Source: an uncultured Ruficoccus sp.
GTDB taxonomy: Bacteria > Verrucomicrobiota > Verrucomicrobiia > Opitutales > Cerasicoccaceae
NCBI GenBank assembly: GCA_965140785.1
Contig: OZ223481.1
Location: 448,001-512,000 of the forward strand
Length of the DNA stretch: 64,000 nucleotides
Direction of reading: 5' to 3'
Each line of letters opens with the position of its first letter. Position 1 is the stretch's first letter. Shown piece after piece: positions 10,384-20,276 of the stretch. The position numbers and the translations under genes are program-made. Under the pieces are notes generated by a model. The model saw only the letters and a program-made list of their open reading frames with translations, ran no database searches and was not told the origin of the DNA.

Positions 10384-11853
10384 ATGAAGCAATATACCTC
10401 GCTAAACTCATACCGTTCGTTTACTCGTTCTCTGCAAGGCGCTGCCTGGCTCTCCGCTTTTACTCTGGCGACTCTGCCCGCTCTTCGCGCGGATGACGCC
10501 GGTTGGTTGGGAGGTAATGGAGATTGGGGAAACGCCTCAAATTGGACGACGAATTCAGTCCCCACATCGAATGACTCGATTTTCCTGAATACGGATTCTG
10601 GGACTCAAGCGCAGATCAATGGTGACCGTACGGTTGCCGCGATTAATTTTAATGATCTGACCCCTACCGCGAAAAACTGGGTCATAAATTCGGGCTCGCA
10701 GGCATCGTCGTTGACGGTGACCGGGGCACTCACGCATACCTCAACAAAGTCTTTTAATTTGTATTCCCTGAGTTCCGGTTCCCTGGATTTTTCGGCCGAT
10801 TCGATCTCCATGACCGGGACCGGAGGCTCTACGATTCTTGGCGGTGGCGGTGGTGGCAACATCAACAACACGTTGGGAACAATTACTATTGGGAGCCTTG
10901 ATGCATCTGCCGGAAATAATATTCGCATCCTGGCCTCCAGCGTGTCGTTGGGGGATGTTAGCCTGACCAATGGCTCCGCCCTGAGCATTTATAACAACGC
11001 AAGTGCTGGCTCTGGCGGTGCGACCGTGAATTCTTTAAGCGGTTCGAGTGATGCGACCCTCGCGGCCAGCGCGGTTACAACAACCTCCACGGCCACGCTA
11101 ACTATCAACAGCACCAGCAACGCCACCTTTCAAGGTTTACTGACCAATAACACCGCAGGTACGGGAGGGTCTCTGGCTATTGTGAAAACGGGCTCAGCCA
11201 GGCAGTCGCTGACGCGTGCTAATTTTTACTCAGGGGGCACAGTTATCTCGGAAGGTACCCTGCTCATTTCAAACACTTCGGGCAGTGCCCTCGGGAGCGG
11301 CGCTGTCCTTGTCGAATCCGGCGCCTCTCTGGGTGGGTCGGGTATTGTCCGTTTGGTCGATACTAACAGCACGACTGTCAATAGTGGCGGTGCCATTACT
11401 CCCGGGGGAGATGGAGGGATTGCGACGATAAAGTTCAATGGACAAAATAGCTCTGCCCCCTCCCTGGTCATGGAATCGGGAGCGCGTTTTACCTTCGACC
11501 TGTCTTCGGATAACTCCAGCGACCAGGTCTCCATGTGGTATTACAGCGCAGGGGATTTGGTCCTGAATGACACCGCTATGGATTTTACCGGTGCGCAGGA
11601 AGGCGAGTACACGCTGTTCACATTTTACAGCGATGACGGCTCAAGCATTACAACCAGTGGTCTCTCTTCCGGGCTTGATCTTGATGGCAGCACCGGGCTG
11701 AGCGGATTTGATGCGAGCCTGACTTATGGCCCGAATTCGATTACTCTGACCCTGGTATCAATACCCGAGCCCAGTGTTTTCGCCATGGTGGCCGGAGTGT
11801 TGGTACTATCTTGTGTGGCCCTTCGTCGTCGTAGGGCCGCATGCGTTCGTTAA
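10384..11853 (+). CDS. PEP-CTERM surface protein with autotransporter-associated beta-strand repeat
   Basis: Signal peptide, WGNASNW, KTGSARQSLTRANFYSGGTVISEGTL repeat, C-terminal IPEPS-TM-RRRR. Confidence 0.9.
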   Translation: MKQYTSLNSYRSFTRSLQGAAWLSAFTLATLPALRADDAGWLGGNGDWGNASNWTTNSVPTSNDSIFLNTDSGTQAQINGDRTVAAINFNDLTPTAKNWVINSGSQASSLTVTGALTHTSTKSFNLYSLSSGSLDFSADSISMTGTGGSTILGGGGGGNINNTLGTITIGSLDASAGNNIRILASSVSLGDVSLTNGSALSIYNNASAGSGGATVNSLSGSSDATLAASAVTTTSTATLTINSTSNATFQGLLTNNTAGTGGSLAIVKTGSARQSLTRANFYSGGTVISEGTLLISNTSGSALGSGAVLVESGASLGGSGIVRLVDTNSTTVNSGGAITPGGDGGIATIKFNGQNSSAPSLVMESGARFTFDLSSDNSSDQVSMWYYSAGDLVLNDTAMDFTGAQEGEYTLFTFYSDDGSSITTSGLSSGLDLDGSTGLSGFDASLTYGPNSITLTLVSIPEPSVFAMVAGVLVLSCVALRRRRAACVR

Positions 11854-11925
11854 TTGAGCGCTTATCGTTCCAGTGATGGGGAGGCGGCCCAGCGTGTATC
11901 CTGCCCATAAGAATCAAATCTGATT

Positions 11926-12555
11926 ATGAGAAAATTCGGATTATTTATGGCTGCCGCATGTCTGATTGGCGGCGGCTATCTCAACGCAGACGTAACTGTC
12001 CAGAATAGTGACGTCATCGACAGTCACTACACCTACCAGTTGGGCTTCGAAGAACTCGGCTCCCCGGATGCGTTTGCGAAGGACCGCAACTACAGCCGAA
12101 ACGTGCGCGTGATTCAAGAGATACGCAATGGCAAGGAGACGGGCATCCGTGCGATTGCCCTCTGGCCCAATATGGAGAATAAAACGGCCGAGATATGTTT
12201 CCGGTTTGATTTCAGCCAGTCAGATTATCGTCCCACGAAAATGTCGGTACGTGACAATTTTTCACTGGCAACGAATGACAGTGTCGACGTGGACGTTGAG
12301 TACAGTACAGATGGACGGAGCTGGAAGCCGATTCGCTCAACCAAAACGCCTTCGACCTACCATCTCGACTTGGAGGAAAATTCGGTTTCGCTCAATGAGC
12401 CAAGCGAGGTTTTCTATAGAATAACCTTCACGGTTTCGCCCGATGACACTGATGGAGTGGTGACTCATGATGACGGTAATCAGTGGAACCGGACGAAAGC
12501 AAACTGGGGAGACCGCGATTTTAAAGTCGATTTCGAACTGGCGCCGCGCAAGTGA
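11926..12555 (+). CDS. Secreted hypothetical protein (beta-sandwich-like)
   Basis: Signal peptide MRKFGLFMAAACLIGGGYLNA; EYSTDGRSW motif. Confidence 0.7.
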   Translation: MRKFGLFMAAACLIGGGYLNADVTVQNSDVIDSHYTYQLGFEELGSPDAFAKDRNYSRNVRVIQEIRNGKETGIRAIALWPNMENKTAEICFRFDFSQSDYRPTKMSVRDNFSLATNDSVDVDVEYSTDGRSWKPIRSTKTPSTYHLDLEENSVSLNEPSEVFYRITFTVSPDDTDGVVTHDDGNQWNRTKANWGDRDFKVDFELAPRK

Positions 12556-12596
12556 TCTTGCCCGAGGGGCGGCGTTGGCACATTTCAAGAAATATC

Positions 12597-12856
12597 CTAG
12601 AGCACTTTCGCTTTAATCTGTCGCCCTCAGTGGGGAAATGTCTTGAAGGCTCGGCAGGCGGCTGGAAGCCCGTAAGTCCCCCAGCCAACGCCGCGAGCCG
12701 CAAGACAGACCCCATCCGAATGGACTGGCTGATTTTAAGCCTGGCGGCGTTTCTTTCAAGGGGCTAGGGCTTCCAGCCCAAGTCCCTTGAAAGAGCCTTG
12801 CCAGAACTTAAAATCAGCTCAGCCGAGTGCGCCAGATTAAAACGAAAATGCTCTAG
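12597..12856. mobile_element. MITE-like element (about 260 bp) with 24-bp terminal inverted repeats that begin and end in CTAG
   Basis: CTAGAGCACTTTCGCTTTAATCTG matches the reverse complement of CAGATTAAAACGAAAATGCTCTAG at 22/24; internal IR GGCTGGAAGCCC/GGGCTTCCAGCC. Confidence 0.7.
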
Positions 12857-13116
12857 CCACGAAAGAACATAATAAGACTTATTAAAAGTCCCCCTCTTTG
12901 AGCTTCTGGTGGTTTTATACACGGACATCCGCCTTTCATCCGCGGTTACAATACCCATTACAGCACTCGAATCATCCTTCTCAACGGGCTTGAGAAAGTC
13001 GATGCCGTCGATGTGCTCGCCCCACGGGACGCCTTAAGGTTTCGCTTTGAAGTTGGGGATACGCAGCCCCCAAATGCATTCTCTTCGCTTCTAATGAGAA
13101 GGGGGATGAGCCGATA

Positions 13117-13827
13117 CTACTCGTCTTTCAAAAATTGCGAAATAGTCTTCACCTTGAGCAGGGGGCGATCCGTCCTATTGTCGCGTGCCACAAAGACGAG
13201 ACGGCGCGCGTTTTGCCGGTACAGCCACCGTGTATTGATGCTGGGGACCCACTGGCCATCGACTTTAGAACTGAAGTGAATGCGGACATCGAGATTGTCA
13301 TGGACAGCAGGTGTGATGGTTGTGAACTGCTTAGGCTCGACCATAAAGGTTTCATCAGCAAGTACACAGCCAATGGTGTGCTCACTGAGGTTGAATACAC
13401 GGTATGAGCCTGGAGGAAATTCTTCCAGGCCATCACCGAGAGCCATGACTTGAAGCGGCTCCGGATCATCAGGATTGCCTTGTCCTTGGGAGGAGTGCGT
13501 GAAAAGCATCAGAACCTGCTTTTGGGACGGGGACACTTCCACCGTGGCAACAGGGACACGTTTCAGCGTTCCATCCTCATTGCGTGCTTCACGAAAAAAG
13601 ACAATCGGGCTGGGGCCGGTATACCGGTACGGTCCCGTACGAAAAGCACGGCTGATGCGTAAGGGGACGGCTTGTCCGTCCTGAATATACTTGATGCCTT
13701 GTGTGTTGGCATCTCCCCAGGCCAGGCAGTCGAACTGAATGCTTAGGGTATCGTCCTGGCCTGGCTGTGCCGGAGCTAACGTAGATCCACACAGTAAAAA
13801 GGCGATGAGAAGGATGCGTTGAGTCAT
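13117..13827 (-). CDS. Secreted hypothetical protein downstream of the PilX-like gene
   Basis: Signal peptide; starts 9 bp after the upstream gene; FPPGSYRVFNLS motif. Confidence 0.75.
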   Translation of the reverse strand: MTQRILLIAFLLCGSTLAPAQPGQDDTLSIQFDCLAWGDANTQGIKYIQDGQAVPLRISRAFRTGPYRYTGPSPIVFFREARNEDGTLKRVPVATVEVSPSQKQVLMLFTHSSQGQGNPDDPEPLQVMALGDGLEEFPPGSYRVFNLSEHTIGCVLADETFMVEPKQFTTITPAVHDNLDVRIHFSSKVDGQWVPSINTRWLYRQNARRLVFVARDNRTDRPLLKVKTISQFLKDE

Positions 13828-13836
13828 CAGCTGTTT

Positions 13837-16800
13837 TTAGATTTGATTCGAATCCAGCCAGCGGAAGGATACGACCTTGAATCTCCGCCCTAAGTTCAGA
13901 TTCGTGCCGTTGAGGGCATCCATGCTATCCGAGGGTTCATTGGCCGGATCGACAAACTCAGGCACTCGCTGCACAACAACTTCGCACCAGGCACTGGCCT
14001 TTTGCCCAGTCAGTTGATTGATGGAATCTCCGTAAGCACGGATTTTGAAGGTATCCGAACGCGCGGTAAGCACCGGCCCCAGGGTCATCAGCAAATCGCT
14101 TTGCCGGAGGTACCCGGGAGCGCCAGAGGCGACGGGCCCCATGGCATGTTCCGCATAGGGGATGCTCCGGCCGGAAAGATCGCTGGAATCGACCGTGTCC
14201 GTAAAGGCGCCATTGATGTCGGTATGGTCGATCGCGGTCTGCAAGGCCCCCTTGAGGCCGGAATTGTCATCGCTCAGGCGGCGATTGATGAAATCAGACA
14301 GAGAGACGAATGGGCCGCGTGCTTGTACTTCCGTGACGATGGCCTCGGCCAGATCTTCAATCTGTGCATCACTCAGGGAACGGAAGCCCGCCCACGCGTC
14401 TGTTTCGTTGCCAGCTGGCCGGCTCATGCGGCTGAAGGGGAAGTCCAGCGAGCTGGCGACACCACCGTTATACGCGACATCCAGATCATGGGTCGCGCTC
14501 AAGAGGGCTTTCCAGGCTTCGACCGAGGTGGAGTTGACGTTAAATGCGCCGTCGAGCATGAGATTTCCGGCGAGGGTGCTGTAGGCTTCGGCGGCGATCT
14601 TGGAATTCGTCGATGAGTCGATGACTTTATTCTTAAAACCGGCCACACTTTCGCCTTCTTTTAGGTAGAACGTGATGCGGGAATTGGGCAAGGACTCTCC
14701 CTTTATCCAATGATCGACAATTTCGCTCATGTCATATTCAGCGGGCGAAGTATCCAGGCGAGGGGAGAGTGTGGAGAAATAGTAGTCATCCCACAGGGCA
14801 TTGTTGCAGAGATAAGACCAGTCCAACTGCGTATAGCCTTTACCGCTGACCCGTATCGTGCGTGTGACACTCTCCTTGGGAATGAAGGGGCTGGCATAGG
14901 AGTTGCCGATGGCATAGGCGGGCTCCTGGGCGTAGTGAGTGATGTTGTTAACATGCTGCAAGGCGGCCAGCGATTGCAATGGCAGGGTTGGGATTTCGAA
15001 GAGAGAGACGCGCGTAGAGGGGGTAGCTTGGTTGCTGTCCCCCCAGTAGCCGGAACCATTGGAGTCGATGGCGACGCCTGAGCCGCTGCCGTAGTCGCCC
15101 CATTCCCCCATGCTTGCGACGCCGAGGAACCAGTTACCCGCGTTGGGCAGGTCTTCCCCCAGATCGGCAAGCTTGCCCGTGTTGCGCTTAAAGCTAACCG
15201 CGCGCGGATTGTAATGGGTCAGGAACTGCACCTGCTTGCCGGTGACGACCGGTTTCAAGTTGACGTCGATGACCCCGATGGGGTGCTTGAGTTCCCCTTC
15301 GTCATTGCGGATTTCCTCGACTAACCGGGGGGTATCCGGGGGCCAGCTGAAGGAGGTGTTGCCGTTGGTCGGGGCATTTAAAACCCCCAGGGAGATATGT
15401 TTGTAGTCCGTGCCGGTTGAGAGGTTACGCTTGAGGTCGACGGGGATCGTAAAGGTCGAGCCCAAGGTGGAAATCATCACGGTGATCGGGCTGCCTTCGT
15501 CGGCATAAAGCACTGCGGAGCCGTTATTGTCGAGGGTCTCGAATTTGATCCCATCGCCCACCGAGGGGCTGTCCGCGCTCGTTGCGTACGGGGTTAGAAT
15601 GCTTTTATGACTAGTGTCCTCATGATAGGAAGCAGCGGTCCTTAGGTCCTCCTGGTCATAGGTGAATACTTTAATTTCTCCCGGTCCTAGCGTGACACTA
15701 CTGCCTCCTGTTCCCATGAGACTCATCCCAAAGTTGGTCAACCCAAAATACTCTGCCTTGCCTAAGTCCGTCAGCTTGACCACATGGTCCGCGTTCGTTC
15801 CGTCCTGGGTCAGGTTAATGGCAATATTCAGGTCGAAGTATTTCCAGCCCACGACAAACTCGTCGAAGGTCAGGGAAACATTGTAGGGGTTCATGATCGT
15901 GACGACGGGATCAAACTGCAGAATGATCTTATATTTCACGGGACCTTCAGAACCGGCGCCAGGTTCACCGCCTGCGGAAGTGGAGGCGGATTCCTCTATC
16001 GCCTGGATGCTGATAAAAGTCTGCATGCGTAGCAGCATGGGGGTGATATCCATGTCTGTGGGGCGGGGCAAATCCGCTGTGCTGTTACCCGGCTTGAATC
16101 GGTCATTGGCGTTAATGTCAAAGTCGGTGTCGTAATAAGCCTGGGGCAGTGACAGGGTGTTGTCCCTGGCGAGCTGGGTTTGCGGGAATGCCGGCCGGGC
16201 TGCGATGGTGTAGCCGGAACCACTGGACTGGACACCCGCCGGGTGCCCCAGCTTATAAGACTGGTTCTGGTCCGGGTCGTTGGACTTGTACAGGCGATAG
16301 TAGTTGCGCAGCAGGTGCCAGGTCGGGCCCCGGGCCTCGGGTGAGCCTATCATGGGAGTCGGCGTATTGAAGTCACTGCGGCCGAGTTTGAACAAATAAT
16401 CAACCTTGTGGTTGGAGATACCCGGGACGGTTTCACCGTCTGCGGCAAAATCCACCGAGTCGTTAAAGTCATTCAGGTCCATTTCGAAAGCCAGGCTGAG
16501 GTCTTTCTTCAGGCCGCCCCGGGCCGTATTGGCGAGCAGGCCATTGCTGTAGGTCGTCAGGTCGTGAAAGCGGTTTGCGCGGACGGCATCGAGATCGCTG
16601 TCAACGAGACCCAGTTGATTGAGGCCGGCCAGGCGCGCGAGTTGTTCGCTGGTCGCTATGTCCAGCGGGTCGATCACATCACCGATGGTGCTGCCGTCAC
16701 TGTCTTGGGTGGCCGAAACCGTTTCGATCCCGTAGCGCTGCGCACTCATCAGCGAATAGCGCATCTGCTCGTCATCGCCGCCGGGGGCGTCGCGGTGCGG

Positions 16801-17370
16801 ATCGGTCACGTTGATTTTGGCTTTCACTCCCTCGTCACTGATCCAGTAGGCGTAGCCTCCTGTGAGGTGGGCATCTGTGGCTTCGATTTCCACACGTCCC
16901 ACCTGGACCTCGGTATCGCTACCCGGATGACGGGTATCGGCTACCAGTGTTATTTCGTCGTCGATGGTGGCACCCGGTGTTAACGGGTTACCGGCAATAT
17001 CTCTGCCTGAAACGAGCCATGTCGCATCGGTTGGAGCACCGTAGGGGGCCAGGGGATTTCGGCCAGAGGTGTTCCAGACGCCCGTCCAGTGTGTTTGGCC
17101 AGCCTGTGTCGTGACCAAGTCCGAGGTGGCGGTTACGCGCTGGTCGGGGCCGGCTGCTCGCTGGAGTTCACCCAGCGCGACATTTACGCCAAGAAGTGCA
17201 TTTGCCCGTGCCTGATTGAGCGATGCTTGGGTCGTACTTAGGCGGGTTTCGACATTTATCCATGTGCCTAACGATAACATCAGAAGCAGCACAAAGGCCA
17301 TCAAGGTCATGGATATGACCAAGGCAAAAGCTTTTCGTGGGGCAACGTACGGGGTGTGATGCGCAAACAT
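13837..17370 (-). CDS. Large PilX-like (Verru_Chthon cassette A-like) pilin-related protein
   Basis: RKAFALVISMTLM prepilin-like N-terminus, ARANALLG..ALGELQ..AGPDQRVTA, YAYWISDEGVKAKIN, C-terminal ARSDTFKIRAYG...GRRFKVVSFRWL. Confidence 0.8.
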   Translation of the reverse strand: MFAHHTPYVAPRKAFALVISMTLMAFVLLLMLSLGTWINVETRLSTTQASLNQARANALLGVNVALGELQRAAGPDQRVTATSDLVTTQAGQTHWTGVWNTSGRNPLAPYGAPTDATWLVSGRDIAGNPLTPGATIDDEITLVADTRHPGSDTEVQVGRVEIEATDAHLTGGYAYWISDEGVKAKINVTDPHRDAPGGDDEQMRYSLMSAQRYGIETVSATQDSDGSTIGDVIDPLDIATSEQLARLAGLNQLGLVDSDLDAVRANRFHDLTTYSNGLLANTARGGLKKDLSLAFEMDLNDFNDSVDFAADGETVPGISNHKVDYLFKLGRSDFNTPTPMIGSPEARGPTWHLLRNYYRLYKSNDPDQNQSYKLGHPAGVQSSGSGYTIAARPAFPQTQLARDNTLSLPQAYYDTDFDINANDRFKPGNSTADLPRPTDMDITPMLLRMQTFISIQAIEESASTSAGGEPGAGSEGPVKYKIILQFDPVVTIMNPYNVSLTFDEFVVGWKYFDLNIAINLTQDGTNADHVVKLTDLGKAEYFGLTNFGMSLMGTGGSSVTLGPGEIKVFTYDQEDLRTAASYHEDTSHKSILTPYATSADSPSVGDGIKFETLDNNGSAVLYADEGSPITVMISTLGSTFTIPVDLKRNLSTGTDYKHISLGVLNAPTNGNTSFSWPPDTPRLVEEIRNDEGELKHPIGVIDVNLKPVVTGKQVQFLTHYNPRAVSFKRNTGKLADLGEDLPNAGNWFLGVASMGEWGDYGSGSGVAIDSNGSGYWGDSNQATPSTRVSLFEIPTLPLQSLAALQHVNNITHYAQEPAYAIGNSYASPFIPKESVTRTIRVSGKGYTQLDWSYLCNNALWDDYYFSTLSPRLDTSPAEYDMSEIVDHWIKGESLPNSRITFYLKEGESVAGFKNKVIDSSTNSKIAAEAYSTLAGNLMLDGAFNVNSTSVEAWKALLSATHDLDVAYNGGVASSLDFPFSRMSRPAGNETDAWAGFRSLSDAQIEDLAEAIVTEVQARGPFVSLSDFINRRLSDDNSGLKGALQTAIDHTDINGAFTDTVDSSDLSGRSIPYAEHAMGPVASGAPGYLRQSDLLMTLGPVLTARSDTFKIRAYGDSINQLTGQKASAWCEVVVQRVPEFVDPANEPSDSMDALNGTNLNLGRRFKVVSFRWLDSNQI

Positions 17371-17447
17371 AAGGTGGTAGAGTCGTTCCTGCGCGGTGTG
17401 CTCAATTGCCTTATTATGATGTGCAGGAGGTGATTTGTGTCAACTTA

Positions 17448-17469
17448 AAATTCTAAACGTTAACAAAAT
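17448..17469. promoter_or_regulatory. Putative LacI operator AAATTCTAAACGTTAACAAAAT between the divergent pilX-like and lacI genes
   Basis: Matches the shared palindrome. Confidence 0.55.
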
Positions 17470-17605
17470 GGGCATCTGCATACTCTGTACGGTACGTGAG
17501 GCCGATCCATTTACGCCAGCGTGCCAAAGGCTGGAAGTCTTTGAGAGAGAGGGTGTCTTGAGGGGCCTGGCGGGACTAATTGCTATTGCCACCGATGTGA
17601 TTTTT

Positions 17606-18616
17606 ATGGATGTTGCCAGGGTGAGCGTTACCAAACTCAAGGACATCGCGGAGGCCGCCGGAGTATCGATTAATACTGTTTCCCGTGTGTTGTCAGGGAA
17701 AACAAAAGGGACGTACGCAAGTTCGGCGAAAAAAGTTGAGCTCATTTTTGAGTTGGCCCGGTCTATGGACTACAGCCCGAATAAGATAGCTCAGGCCATG
17801 CGTACGCGCCGGACATATCAGATCGTGATCATCGTCCATGAACTGCATAATTTGTATACCAGTCGGACACTCACCCTGGCCAACAACGAACTGGCCAAGC
17901 GTGGTTACAACCTTTTGCTTCGCTTGATCCAAAAAGAGGATAACATGGAGTCGGACTTGAGCGCGTTATCCCGAAATTTAATTGACGGGGTATTGTGCAG
18001 CCACCCGTTTATCGAACCAGAGCTCTTGCAGGATCTGATGCAGGACATCCCGGTGGTGTTCATTGACCGTTCACCGGATTTCTCACCGGCCATGCTAAAT
18101 ATGGAAAGCGGTGTGCTCCTGGGGATGCAGCACCTGTGGAACTTGGGGCATGAGCGGATTGCTATTATCAGTGGCAGTAATCCTTTGTCTTCCCGTTCGC
18201 GTCGGATCGAGGCTTACCGTACATTTTATGCCTCTCACTCGATGGAACCGCCCCAAGACTGGATCATGCAAAAGGGCTGGGGGTTTTGGGATGCCGAAGC
18301 GCTTGTCGATCAATTTCTGGAGACTGGTTGCACGGCATGCTTTCTGGGGAATGACGCTCTGGGGATGGGCTTCTGCAATGGCCTGCGCATGAAGGGTTAT
18401 GAGGTGCCAAAAGATTTTTCGGTCGTTACGATAGATGACACGGTGCTGAGCCGCATGAATTATCCGGAGCTGACTTCCATCCACTTGCCCAGTCATCGCC
18501 TGGTGGAGATAACGATACAAGGGCTCCTTGCCAAAATTGAAGGCCTGAAGCACCCGCGTTTCCAGTTATTGATGCCGGAATTGATCGTTCGCGACAGCAC
18601 GCGCCCCATAAAATAG
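17606..18616 (+). CDS. LacI-family transcriptional regulator
   Basis: KLKDIAEAAGVSINTVSRVL HTH; LGHERIA, VPKDFSVV, PELTSI, LIVRDST. Confidence 0.93.
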   Translation: MDVARVSVTKLKDIAEAAGVSINTVSRVLSGKTKGTYASSAKKVELIFELARSMDYSPNKIAQAMRTRRTYQIVIIVHELHNLYTSRTLTLANNELAKRGYNLLLRLIQKEDNMESDLSALSRNLIDGVLCSHPFIEPELLQDLMQDIPVVFIDRSPDFSPAMLNMESGVLLGMQHLWNLGHERIAIISGSNPLSSRSRRIEAYRTFYASHSMEPPQDWIMQKGWGFWDAEALVDQFLETGCTACFLGNDALGMGFCNGLRMKGYEVPKDFSVVTIDDTVLSRMNYPELTSIHLPSHRLVEITIQGLLAKIEGLKHPRFQLLMPELIVRDSTRPIK

Positions 18617-18659
18617 AGGAGAAACTCACCCTAAAGGGGTGTCCGTTTGCTCATGGTTA

Positions 18660-18681
18660 AAATTAATAACGTTTAGACTTT
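18660..18681. promoter_or_regulatory. Putative LacI operator AAATTAATAACGTTTAGACTTT upstream of the GH4 gene
   Basis: Matches the shared palindrome. Confidence 0.6.
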
Positions 18682-18803
18682 ACGGCTTGTCGAAATTTTC
18701 TCAGAATCCAGGAAAAGCTTAGTTATGGTACTCTGCAGTATTGGCGAAAACATGGCTATTCTGGCCAGCTGAGACTGGGATGCCCAACCTCACTGCTAGA
18801 CAA

Positions 18804-20255
18804 ATGGAAACGATTGAGACGCAGATGAATTCGAAACCGGAAACCGTGGACGTGGGGGCTGCTGCGCACACCCAGAGCGCTGAGATTCGTGGGTTGGACG
18901 GTACCATGCCTCGTCCAGTCAAGGTTACCATGCTCGGTGCTGGAAGTTTTTTCACTCAGAGGCTCATGAACGATGTGCTCCAGATTCCGGGTTTGCAGGG
19001 CGGCGAGATCGCACTGGTGGATATCGACGCCTCCCGGTTGAAGGCGGTGAAGCGCGTGCTGGACAAATTGCTCGCGGAACTAAACGTCAAAGGCTGGTCG
19101 GTGACCGCCTCGACGGACCGCCGTGAAGTGCTTGCCGGGAGTGATTTCATTGTCAGTTGTATTGAGGTGGCGGGCTTGGCCTGCGTCAGAACTGATAACG
19201 ATATTCCTCTGAAATACGGAGTTAAGCAGTGCATCGGGGACACGATTGGGCCCGGCGGGCTCTTCAAGGGCTTGAGAACGATCCCTGCCTGGTTGGAGGT
19301 TCTTCGGGATGCTGAAGCCTTGTGTCCCGAGGCTCAGGTTCTCAATTACACCAACCCGATGAGCATGATGTGTCTGGCGGCCGGGCGGACGTCCTTCATG
19401 CCGGTTGTCGGCCTATGCCACTCCGTGCAGGGAACCAGTCACCTGCTGGCCGAGCGTGCCGGTATCCCTTATCATGAGATGGAGTGGTCCTGCGCGGGCA
19501 TCAACCACTTGGCATGGTTCGTGAAATTGCGCCACCAGGGCCGCGACCTATACCCGGATTTGATGGCGAAGGCGCGCCAGGATCTCGCCGGGAATCCCTC
19601 CGACCCTGAGGACGCGGATGATCGGGTGCGCAAAGACATGATGCTGCACTTCGGTGCCTTTATTACCGAATCGAGTGGTCACTTGTCCGAGTATTTGCCC
19701 TATTATCGCAAGCGCTCCGAGTTGATCGAGCGTTACTGCGGTGAGGGGTACTTTGGCCAGACTAGCTACTACGCGGATAACTGGCCGACATGGCGTGAGC
19801 GCGTAGATCGTGAACACAAGGAAATGATCGCAGGTGAGCGAGACGTGATCCAGGAACGCAGTTGGGAATACGCTTCCTGGATTATGGAAGCGAAGGAGAA
19901 GAATGTGCCTTTCCGCATCCACGGAAACGTCATGAACCGAACCGCAGGCGGTGGAAAGTTGATCACCAATTTGCCTGAAGACGGCTGTGTCGAAGTGGCT
20001 TGCATGGTTGATGGTAACGGCGTCCAGCCGGTGCGCTTTGGAGCACTTCCCCCTCAGATGGCTGCGGTCAGCGCATCGAATATGCGTATGTTCGACCTGG
20101 CCGCAACGGCTGCCATCGAAACATCCAAGGAAGCAGCTATTCATGCGCTTCTGCTGGATCCTTTATGTGCGGCGGTTTGTAGCCCGGCTGAGATTAAGGC
20201 GATGGCGCTGGAAATGTTTGAGGCGGAGGCTGAATTTCTGCCAGGCTACCGCTAA
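18804..20255 (+). CDS. melA: NAD-dependent alpha-galactosidase (GH4)
   Basis: LGAGSFF, DIPLKYG, GDTIGPGG, NYTNPM, VGLCHSVQ, AGINHLAW, TESSGH; start uncertain. Confidence 0.88.
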   Translation: METIETQMNSKPETVDVGAAAHTQSAEIRGLDGTMPRPVKVTMLGAGSFFTQRLMNDVLQIPGLQGGEIALVDIDASRLKAVKRVLDKLLAELNVKGWSVTASTDRREVLAGSDFIVSCIEVAGLACVRTDNDIPLKYGVKQCIGDTIGPGGLFKGLRTIPAWLEVLRDAEALCPEAQVLNYTNPMSMMCLAAGRTSFMPVVGLCHSVQGTSHLLAERAGIPYHEMEWSCAGINHLAWFVKLRHQGRDLYPDLMAKARQDLAGNPSDPEDADDRVRKDMMLHFGAFITESSGHLSEYLPYYRKRSELIERYCGEGYFGQTSYYADNWPTWRERVDREHKEMIAGERDVIQERSWEYASWIMEAKEKNVPFRIHGNVMNRTAGGGKLITNLPEDGCVEVACMVDGNGVQPVRFGALPPQMAAVSASNMRMFDLAATAAIETSKEAAIHALLLDPLCAAVCSPAEIKAMALEMFEAEAEFLPGYR

Positions 20256-20276
20256 CCCAATTCTCCGTTTGCTTTT

